From NCBI GenBank assembly GCA_963924565.1, contig OZ004610.1, positions 1,178,001-1,242,000 on the forward strand: a DNA stretch of 64,000 nucleotides, in the 5' to 3' direction. Below the pieces are notes generated by a model, which saw only the letters and a program-made list of their open reading frames with translations, was not told where the DNA came from and did not search any database. The translations under genes and the position numbers were made by a program. Source of the DNA: Ascidiella aspersa (Eukaryota). Shown one piece after another: positions 12,101 to 24,100 of this stretch (positions are counted from its first letter, which is position 1; every line of letters starts with the position of its first letter).

Positions 12101-15100
12101 TAACAAAATACACACGTTCATATATTTTTTGGTGTAGGTTTAACATTTAGGTGTGCAACGAGCCTTATGGTGTTTTTAACATTCCCTTACACTGTTTTTT
12201 ACTAACTTGAATTTTTTACACATTTCTTTAACTTTTAAACTAATTTATTCTACGTTCACCATTTTCAAGTTTCTAACATTTTAACATATTTTTATCGTTT
12301 TTAAACTTTTCAGTTGGGATCTTAATGGCCAACATGAGTAAGACTTTATCAAAATTAAAAATATTTTATTTAATTCAATACAATTTGTGTTGTTGCGAAC
12401 CATGATGCTTATTGTGAACTCTGATTAAAACCTTCAGTCACAGATATTCGAAAAATAATCAATTTTCTGTCGCTAATTCGTGTTTACGCCAATCTCTTTC
12501 ATGTAATTTTATGTAGTTTTCTCTGAAAATCATGCGTTTTTCACTAATTCATCCTTACTATTTTTTATCAACCCACATTATTTAAACAACTTGCAATCTC
12601 ATACATTTTAAAATGATAGCCATATCGCACTGACTAATTTTACAATAATTGAAAACATACTTAATTGAAAGTTATCATCTAATAATGTCATTCACAAGCA
12701 AATCCCGCCATTCAATTTTACATTTTACATAATTCATGCATAAATTATTTGGTTCTATATTTTCGTATTGTAAAAAAATACACTTAAATATTTTATATTA
12801 AACATAGTCTTTCTCTCCACCAACCAGTTTTATTTACCAGTATTTGAAAACTATACACCCTTTTTCATACATTTTTTTTAACAATTTATCCACCTATATA
12901 ACCCCTGCTTTACCCTATAAGTTAGCAAATGTTGGTGATAAGTTTTATATATTTTATTGTTTTATGTACGTCTAACGAACATTCCACTATTTCCAGATTC
13001 GGATCTTTGTCGAAAATCTCCAACAGCAACAAGTTTAAATCCCTCCCCGTACGAATCCGTCCATCCACCGCCCAACATTACAAGCATGTCAGTATAGTTG
13101 CTGAACCGATGGTCACTCGTAAGTAAACAACATACTGTATCTGGCATTTTATTCCAATACCGATACCCGATAATTTGGACAAAAAATATCGCGATTCGAT
13201 CCGCTACCAAATGACGTCATTAACTCATTACTATTCGCAAAAAGCATATTAGATGAAATTGAAACGCCTAAAAAACCTATTTCCAGGTCATTACGCCTAA
13301 AGTTGCTGTAGTGTTAGGAAGTTTAGTTAGCTCAAATTGCTATACTTCCATTATTTGATAAATTAAATTTCGTATTTTACCATTAGATTTTTTCTTGTTT
13401 TAACGGTGTCACTGTTTATACATGTTGGTTCAAAAATATGAATAATTAAAAGTAATAACTTTTGTTTTTTATCAAATTACATAAAAAGTTTAAAGATAAG
13501 GCTCATTCTTCAACGTATTTAGATTTTTTAATATTTATTTTTTTAACAAGCGATATTGGAGGTTTGATAAAATGTGAAAGAAATGATTTACAGCAGATAA
13601 ACTCATATGTGGCCTGTGCATCACATTATTGCACGGCACAATAATCTTTATGACACGTACTAACGATTGTGACGTAACACGCAGAAGCGTCACACATGGT
13701 TGACGACGCGGAGTTGAGTCAACAATCTTTACTTGAAGCAAATCTTTCAACCGAGGTTGGGATGATTGTGCTCGATATGATGTCAGAGTTCATGAGACAA
13801 TACAAGGTACAGTAGCAAACATACATGACATAGTACAAGGTACAGTAGCAAACATACATGACATAGTACAAGGTACAGTAGCAAACATACATGACATAGT
13901 ACAAGGTACAGTAGCAAACATACATGACATAGTACAAGGTACAGTAGCAAACATACATGACATTGTACAAGGCACAGTAGCAAACATACATGACATAGTA
14001 CAAGGTACAGTAGCAAACATACATGACATAGTACAAGGTACAGTAGCAAACATACATGACATAGTACAAGGTACAGTAGCAAACATACATGACATAGTAC
14101 AAGGTACAGTAGCAAACATACATGACATAGTACAAAATGTCCGATAAAATCGGATCGGAGCCGATACCTGATACCAAGTGGTAGTATCGGTACTCGACCG
14201 ATACTAGGGTGGTATCGGTGACGATCCGATATTGATATGGAAATTTTATCCATTATTTTGCGATCGAAGCAGTTTCATTTACATTAAAAGGTAAATACAG
14301 TAACAAATATAAAATTAGCAACTGGTGATATTTTAAATGTGCCTGCGCGTTTTTTCGTTTTGGAACTTTCTCCACCATTAGTTGTATATCAGCTTGTCTT
14401 ACACTCAATATACACTTACGTATTAGCAAATTAATTATCTGCAACATCGCCAAATACGTAGCGATGAATAGCGGCAAACTTTACCTAAAATGAACTTATT
14501 TTTATTTATTTGGGAAAGGTTACCCCAAGAATATCAAACTAAGAACTCAATAAGTAAACTGAATAACTAAACTAAATGGCAGAAATGAATAAATATAATG
14601 ACAAAACACAGTTCATTTGTTGATGGGCTCGTATATTACTTACAGCTAAAAACACGAGTGTGCTTGGTGTTACTCTGAATTTCTTGGATTAGTGAATTAA
14701 GTTGTATTGAATGGCATAACGCTGTGGACCCTATTCCGTTGTTGCTTTTACTTTCCAAAAAAGTGGAAACAACTTGAGTACCACATTCCATAGTAAATAA
14801 CTTGACTCTACATTTCATAGAACAGTTTTTGTAAATGATACATTTTATACAAAAAAATAATTTTCAGCATTAATTTAAAAAGTAAAATATATAGTTACAA
14901 AAATGACAAGACTTTAACCACTTGTAGTTCGAATTGAACTAAAAATAAAACAATATAATAAGTACATGTTAACAAAACTTCCCGTTATAATATCATTATT
15001 AAAGCAATGCGAATTCGTCAACGTTCTTGCTTTTTGTTAGACGGAAGTAGAAATCCAAGTCTCCCTTTATCACATTCAAGTCACGTTTTTTCGAAATAAC

Positions 15101-18100
15101 CTGAAATGTGTCGGCTGCAGCCAGACAACCCAGTTAACTGTTGTACCGCGTGCATATCAACGCACAGACGCCGATATAATGAAAAATATTGCACTTTTTC
15201 TGGTTTTAATATTCGCTACTTTCATAGGGATCGCCTAGTAATAAAGATTTTGGCAAAATTGAGACTTCTCCGTACAGTTTACTTTCAGTTTCATTACGTC
15301 ATTTTGCTGATACAAAGCACCATTTGTTTCTTGTTGTTGGTTTTTAAAGAAAATAGTCAAAAAATATAGAAAAAATTTAAAAAAAGGACTAAGTTATTTT
15401 TTAAGTAAACGTTAAAAAGAGTGTTTCAGAATGTTATTTGATTTCCCAATTGAAATTAAAAAATGGCTTTCAATTTAACAAAACCTTTTCCTTGCTCTCC
15501 ACTTTTGATGTTTGCTTTAACAAATATTCCACTATTAAATAATTCCAAAAATTATAAAAAATAACTGGTGAAAAGGTAAATTAATCTACACGCAATTAAA
15601 TCCCTTTATTTTGGTTTTCATTAATTTTAACCGGATAATTTTGCCAGAAATAACTAAAAAAAAGAAGTAAGCACAGTCTTTACCTTGTTTTTACTTTAAC
15701 CAGAATTTTATTTCACAGAAACAACTTCAAGCCCGTGACGGCGACAGTCCACTCATGCAGAAAATATTTGACGTCATGCTGACGTTTCTACAGATCAGCC
15801 AATCAGAGCACGTCCTCAAGCACGCCTTCGCATCACTACGACTTTTCCTTTGCAAGGTGGGTCACGTGATTGTTGACCTTTGTGAGGGGTCAGAGGTCAG
15901 GGATTAAGATGTTGCACCAGTGATTCCCAAAGTGTGTCGCGGCAGACTCGTGTGACTCGCGAGATTGTCAAGTGTGCCGCGAAACTTTTTGTAATTTGGG
16001 AAAATTAGGTTACCAAAATTACCAATAGGAATTTCAGACCTAAATATGCACTATACATTACAAATTAATAATATTGAGAAATTTAAATATAGTTTGTCGT
16101 GTGTTAAGGGCGATTGTAAAATGACTCTATTGTTTTCTGTTGAAAATGTGCCACGAAATAGTAAAGTTTTTTGTAGTGTGCCGCGAGCCAAAAAAGTTTG
16201 GGAACCACTGTGTAATGTCTGTACCTTAAACCGCCAAAACGATAAATTGAAGCATGGCTGGGGTGAGACAAAGCTTAAGTAACTTGATTTGCTGGTAAAT
16301 GTGGTAAATATTTGTTGTTCTTTCATTTTAAGCTAATGGAAACAATATTGCTTTTCTCTAACCCAACTCACACTAGTAAAATATAACTTCTTGTTTATAT
16401 AAGGGTTGGGTTTGACTGATTAACTTGAATATTGTTAATGAGAAAATTTAAATAATTATTTAATAAAATAAATAAGCGCTTATTAAAATTGTCGCTTGAT
16501 TTAAGTTGTTATTAAAGTTTAGTTTGGAATTGCATCCGACGACGTTTCATCTGTGTTTTATCTTTATTGGCCAATATTCCGCGGGCCGGAGTTTAGTAAC
16601 CTGTCTAGACTGTCATGTCCACCAGTGACATTGATTCACAGTTTTCTTAACTAGTTTTATTGAATAACTAAAGAATTCCTACTAAGGATTAACCAGATAT
16701 TTTAAAGCAGTATTTTTTATGTGTTATATTACTTCATTTTTTTTAGAATGATTCAAGTGAGGAAAAGTTGTTACAAATGATTTAATCTCGTATTAATGTT
16801 GCTTCAGTTTCCTAACGTGTTGTTCCGTGGATCTGCGGACAAGTGTGCTTCCATCATCTACCACTCGTTGCGATGTTGCAACTCGAAGCTTGCGTCCACG
16901 AGATCTGAGGCGTGCGCTTTACTTTACCTCCTGATGAGGAACAACTTCGAACATGGACCTGGCAGGAATTTTGTCAGGTCACATCTACAAGTAAGTTGCA
17001 AGCTGTGTGTGGAGTATTTGGAACCAAAAAAAATCAATGTTGTGGGTACATTTATGTAAACTTAGTTTTGGCTTTAAGTTTTATGTTTTTAACCAAACAT
17101 CTGTAATGTCATATCTATAAGTGCGTTTCAAGCTATACGTAGAATATTTAAACTTAAAAAGCAATACTCGGTTATACATTATGCCTGACAGCAATGACTT
17201 ATTTTAAAAAAGCAATGTTGTGGCTTGGCTGCAAGCGTTTTATTATTTTGCCAACTTCTGTAATGTAGAAATCACATCGATTTGATATTTAACGAAGTTT
17301 TAATCTGTGGAATATGTGGACTGAAAAATAATGTTTGGGCGCCTCTAACTTCTGTAATGTGTCACGATGCTTTGGTATTTGAATGAAGAAACGTACATAT
17401 ATACAATGTGTATTCTGTGACCAAGCCCTTCTGTAGTCGTAGTTTCCAATGATAACGGCACACATATATAGTATACTTTTTTTTCTTTAAATGTATATTT
17501 ACCGCTATTCGGGCAATCTTTTCCAGGGCAATATAATTTGCAACTATTGGCGTGTAAAATGATGTAGCTTTTTCGCCTATAATTGCAATAATATTGCCCT
17601 GAAGAAACTGCCCGAATAAGTCATCAAAACGTTGGCATTTTAATTTTGCCCGAAGAACAATTGTACAATTGAAACAATGTCTGGCAGCAAAATAACATTC
17701 ATGAAATTAGCCCTTTTAAATAATGTTTAAAACACCTTCTTAGTAGGTTAAACGTGAAAAACCCAGTAGTTTTCCAAGAATTCGAGATTGCGTCCCGAAA
17801 TGTCGCCTATTTCCATCAGTCTGTTGTGTTTCCACTCGGCACAACATTCTAATTATAGCCTTTTGTGGAAAACGACCCAGACATGTAATGACTACGCTGA
17901 CTTTGTTGTCATGTGCGATGGTGCAAACAGGTCAATACATGTCACTTAATTACTGAATTAAATCCACAAACCTTTGCGCAATACAGTATTAATTCTCTGC
18001 GAAAATTTCTGTTCTTTAACATAGATTTACAAAAAAATATTTCTGTACTAATTAAGTATTGTTACATTTTAATATACTTCAGTGTAAAAGGTCTGTATCT

Positions 18101-21100
18101 TTAAAAACAAACTGTTAAAAACAAATTTTACAATTCAAATTTCTCATGTTTTGCTTGTAATTGTCGTTTGGCATTTTTAAATTATACATTTTTCATCTTT
18201 GAGCGCACGAATGTTGACGTCTTTGCTGTTACGGCAAACATATTGTGCTTGACAAACAAATACTGTGATAATAAACCGAATGGAAACTCCCAGCTAATGG
18301 CGCTAGCTGTAAAATTTAATTGTTCCAAATTTTCCAGCTATAAAATGTACATTATGGATAATTTTTTTTTGCGAGGTAATTTCCAAAATCTAAATGGCGC
18401 AAATTCTGGCTTTTCTGCAAATTTAAGTTTTTGTTTTGTATTTACGGATAAAACATGTTCGAAATTTATTTTATTACGTTTGATACTTTAGTGTCTTTAA
18501 ATTCTTTAATTTTGTTGACTAATAAATTATAAGTCACAGAGGCCAGAGCCCATCCTTCTTTATAAGTTGTAACGATACAATAAGTCATTTGACAAAAAGT
18601 CGGATGCAATTCTGATTTGAATGCTAAATTAATTATTTCCAGTGTAGAGTAACTTTTATTTTTTAGTTAAATAGGTTACTAGGGTCCTCCATTATTTAAA
18701 AGTATAAAATAAGGTGCACGAAAAAGTTTGAGAACCACTGCTTAAGCGTAATTAGCACAATGTTTAAACTTGTCTGACCAATAGAAACGACCATACAACA
18801 TACTCTGGCTAAATAGGTTGGTACGATTTTATTTAAAACATTAAGAAAAGGCCATACAATTACGAGATGTTTGATGCTCAGGGGGTAGCGAAAGACCGTA
18901 AGGTTAGATTCGTCGCATACCTGAAGCTTACTGCCGTCATAGGCACGAATTTCAGTCTTAAAAAACGCCCTCCCATGCAAAAACCAAAACCCGGGCCAGT
19001 TGTTCCACATTTTTAGATTCTGTCGTGCAATAAATAAATTTAACCGACATTTTGCAAATAACCGGCAAGTTAAAAAATATTGTTATAAATAAAGTTTTAT
19101 TCAATTATGGTTCAAAAACATCGTTTAAAACTTAACGCGGTGTAATATTTAAAATACTAATTCCTCTGGTTAGATTTATTGCATCTCTAAAGCTCACTTA
19201 ACTGTGTTATAACCTTATGTTCAGATGATCAAGTCAGTTTCCCAGCTGATCAGCGATGAGGTTGGAATCGGAAGTTCCAGGTTCCAACATTCGCTCTCTG
19301 TAATCAACACTTACGCCATCAGTGATAAGGGAATGCAGGTGAGAGCTTGTGTTTAATCATGTTAAGTAAACCTGGGCATTTGTACGTGCTGCTTGCGAAT
19401 TTTGGCAGTGTTTAATTTTTTTTTCAACTCCTTTAAACCCTGATAAATATTCTCATAATCACAAAAACAATAGATTTTGTGTAAAAAAAATGTGCACTTT
19501 CAGTAATCAACACTTACGCCATCAGTGATAAGGGAATGCAGGTGAGAGCTTGTGTTTAATCATGTTCAGCAAACCTGGGCATTGTACGTGCTGCTTGCGA
19601 ATTTTGACAGTGTTTAATATTTTCAACTTATCTTGTCCCAATTAATATTGTCAGCATAACAAAACAGAAAATTTGGGCGAAATATTCCGGATAAAATATG
19701 TGCTTATGACAGTTTTTTAAAATTACTTAAGGTCATTGTAGAAATAAATTAAGTCCAAATCTAGTCATTAAGTCACAGCATTGGCGTCAAAAACAAATGT
19801 TAAACTTATAGAATTGATGAACGTGTTCCTTCAAACGTAAACAAATAGCAAGTTAACATTTACAACATTTAATATGTCAAGTCATTTGTGTAAACGACAT
19901 TGGTTTAGAAAATATCAGAAACTTAACAAAATCACTTAAAACAATTTGAATCAGCGAACTTAGGAAACTATTTAGCGGATTGTCTTTCATACTTAATTCC
20001 TTATCTAAAGCTATGGAGTGCAGCATATTTGAACACGTATTTGTGCTTGCTTTGCGATAACGGACATTAGAGTAAGATAGTAGCTAACATAACGTTAGAT
20101 AAACGCACTGTATAGTGCTGAGATATAAACCAATAAATTGCTGGCCAATATCTTAAGTTGATTCTATAGAAATGACAGACCATCTTGGCAAGTTCAGGTT
20201 ATTTATAAATACGTTGCTGTGTTGCTATTTGCTATTCTTTTAACTGAGATTTAAAAGGTAAGTTCAAATTCGTATTTTGTTCGTGTTTTGTGGATTTTGT
20301 TAAACTTGGCCAATATTGGTTTTAAATTTAATAATCCCCAGGGAAAGTAGCTTCTGCATTAGAGAAATTAAGTCATCAGTGTAAATTTTTTGTATAAAGC
20401 AGGTTATTGAGACAACAGGAATTTCTCTACCAATACTTAGATTTTAGATGCAAGAATTTGAGCTTTTGTATAGTTATATCTTGTAAGCATTCGGCTTTGT
20501 TGGTCGTTGTCAATTATTAATTTTCTGGTTTTATGCCCATCATTGGGATATAACAACTTATGGTGGCGTCACTGGCGTGTAACATAACTCATCACCATTT
20601 GCGTCTTAACGAATCAATTGCTTTGAAAACATCAGTGTAAATGTTAATGCGTACAGCAAAGTATTGGGACAACAGGAATTTCCTCTTTCACTACTTTAGA
20701 TGTAGGAACTTTGACTTTTATGCAGTTATTTTTATTAACGTTCAGGTTTGTGTATTGTTGAGTAAAACAAATATTCATTTTTTTGGTGTATGGCTTGCAT
20801 TGACTATAACAACTTTAGATTGCTTGTAACATTCCTTTCAGAAAAATAACACGTCATCAATTGCCCAGGTCATTATTAGAGCAAGGCAACTTCAAGTCAA
20901 AACATTAATTTTAAGATAAACGATAAACTATGAAAGTTGGTAAACTCGCCTGAATTTATGAGCAATAACTCAGCTGCAAAATACCGAAAAAAAAATGTAG
21001 ATACCAAATCGTTTTAAGTGTAAAAATTGAGATAAATAGCTTAGTTTTATAATAAAATGTTAAATAAAAGTCTAATTTTAACCCATATTTTTTAACTTAC

Positions 21101-24100
21101 CACCATTTGCGTTTTAACCTACTAATCAATACAAAGACATTCGTTTGCAAGAAGCACATAAATATCGTTGGTTGTCTTTATTTCATCACCAGGCGTTTGG
21201 TAAGATAGATTGAACTCACATTACAATCAACACTATGGTGAACAACCTGGTGTCATAAAGCGCATATACTTATTCGAATAAACTCAACAAAAACATAAAA
21301 AACAAGTGAAAAATAACATTTGCTCGCTTTTGCAGTTACGAAACATGTTACAACCATACCGACAAGCAAATTGTTGTCTGCTTGGGACTGCGATGGCAAT
21401 TAGGGAATCATTTTGTGATGTTGTAATTGCGATTCTTAAATAGGTGTAATTAAATAATGAATGCGGTTATTAAGTGACGTGTTCGATCTGATCAACGCAA
21501 TAATCACAAGCATCACAATTTAACTCAATAACACGCAAAAAACAACGTAACTTTCTGCAAAACAACAAAATGTAGGAAATAAACAACAACAGGCGATGGA
21601 AGATGTAAATAAGGGCAACAAAACGACTTTGTTGTGTAGAAGGAAAGTTAAAGATATCTCTGCACGATGTAAAAGTAAAAGGCTGCCAAAAAACGTAAAC
21701 GCAAAAAATCGTGAAAAGTCATTTTCCGGGCTTTTTCGTCGCAATTATCTCACCACGAAGTCCATGTCGCAATTCGCGTCTCGCGATCGACAATGCTCGC
21801 CGTTCAACGTCACAATGGCGCCGCTATCACGTGACTTTAAGCGCAGGGATGACAATCGAACGCCGCGCGTCTTTTCTGCTGCTGCTGTTATTGTTCTGGT
21901 TCTCCTTGTTGTTGCATTCGTTCAGCACAGTTGCTTTGTAGAGCGCCTTGAGAGGAGATTCCTCCTTGCTCCTCCCACTCCCTGCTCCCACTCCTCCCGA
22001 GGAGCGCTCGTTCTCCGAGAGACCGAGGATCTTTGCGAAGCTGCTCGACCTGAAAATTCCCGCCATTCCGTTGTCGTTTTTCGCGCCAATCTTGCCCACG
22101 TGACGTGCCGGTGATACGTACTGGTACTCATGCTTCACTTCACCGTCCACCATCACGGGAGGAGCGATCATATGAGCGTCACGAGCGCTCACGGTTGCGC
22201 TTCTCGCGCGGTGAACACCGGCTCCTTTCTTCCCACCCGGAGATATCGGAGGTTTTGAGACCTTTCCTGGAGCTGAGAGTGCCACAGAACAAGATGCGCT
22301 CTCCACCTGGTCGTAAGCCATCGGGAGCGGGTAGTCAGGGCTCTTCCCGTTGCTAGGCAACTTTGCCTGGTGGTTGCTAGGCAACTTCTGATACTGGTTG
22401 CTAGGCATTTCGTCCTCGCTATGAGCTTTAACTTCTTCGCTGTTTAAACTTGAGCTGTCTTCGTTCTTTCTCGGCATAAGCGGCGAACTTCGCTGTGCGT
22501 TTGATCGGTTCGAGAACCTTCGCTTGATGCTTCGGAACGAGTTCTTGATCCCACCCACACTGCTGCTGCTGCTTGTGTGCTTGCTGAGCGACGACTGGCC
22601 GTTGCTTGCCTCGCTAGAAGCTGGGCTGGCTGGGCGCCCTTCTTCTTCTTGTATAGCTGATTCTTGTGGGGAGAACGACTTGAGTCGGGACTTCTGTAAT
22701 GCGACAGAAATAGCAGCAATTAGCCACGTCGTTGTCGCGCTGGTTGTGGGAGATTAATGAGATGTCAGAAACCAAAGCACGAACTTATACATTAGCGACT
22801 TGTCGGTTTGGAAATACGAGACAAAAATAGGGTGTCATGCGCCTTGAAGTTAAAGTGTAATAGTTGCAGTTTTTAATTAACTAAATTTAACACATGTTAG
22901 GAATTTAAATCGACACACGAATAAGACAAAAATAGGGTTTTATGTTGCATTTTTCAACTTACTACATTTAGTTTATTACGACTTTAAATTTACCCAGGAA
23001 TAAACCCACGCGATGCCAGTTTGGGAAAAAACACGACACGAAAATAGGGCGTAATACCTCCTAAAGTAAATGTGCGCAGATGGATTTTTACAGTATTGTA
23101 TCAAGAAACACTTATGTATGGTTAGCTTGGAAAAATTTTAAACCGTCAAAAACTTGGATGAAACCCTTTAAAAATTTTGGATTACACCTGTTTAGAAAGT
23201 TATGTTATGTATTTTATAAAACAAGACGCATTTGTGTGATTTCTGCATAGTCTCTCTGTTGTTATAAAGGTCATAAACTTGCACTTAGCTTGTTATATTT
23301 GTTTGTTTCTATATTTGCACACAAAGCACTTCCGTGTGTTTTATTTTACACGAGCTGTTAAGTCGCTATTTAAAGCTGCATTTTTAAAATAACTCTCGTT
23401 TTTACCGTTTACAGAAATACACGCGTAATTTCACAAAAATAGGTTTGCTGACCCGCTTTACATATTACTTACACGCAAACTAACTCACGTGCGGGCGATT
23501 TTACAATTGTCCGGTAAAATGGAAAAAAATGGAAAAAGCACTATTTTTAGACGTGTTTGAAATAAACACCGCGCTTCATTATAATACCACTTCGTTCATT
23601 CAGCACCTAACAGCGCGCGGTAAAAATTTAAACCACGTTAATGTTTTTTTTCAGCATTTACAATTGACTGAACATGCATTTATAATATTATTTTAAACGT
23701 TTAGTAGTTGTGTCAAACCAAAATACATTTTAAGGGGTGGATTATTGGCACAAAACAGGCCAATTTTTTAGGCCGGCCCTGTTTAAAACGGCCACAATAA
23801 CTGGCCAATTGAACATATAATCCGCTAATCGCCCCGCTATAGTGTCGCGTGTCGGTGATTACACGAACTAACACGACTTTTAAACGCCTTCCAATTAAGG
23901 ACTCGTGTCGCTTATAAACGCAATGATGGATTATCACTTGCTGTCAGCATTCTGTCGAAATCGGAAGCGAATTACTTCTAACTATGCAAATTGAATCTTT
24001 ACGTTCCGATAATCGTATGCAAGTGCTTACTGCACAATTCGTGACCGTAGCGCAGCTAATTACAACACGAACCTTCGGTTATTTCGATGCTAAATGTATT

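Noticed and set aside
13719-14253. Three repetitive Cys/Tyr-rich minus-strand ORFs; CRISPR-like periodicity
   Set aside because: Translations of a 33-bp minisatellite; no unique spacers; eukaryotic intron
21596-22757. Plus-strand ORFs of 172, 76, 83 and 77 aa
   Set aside because: Antisense shadows of the nested minus-strand exon; no DOCK similarity
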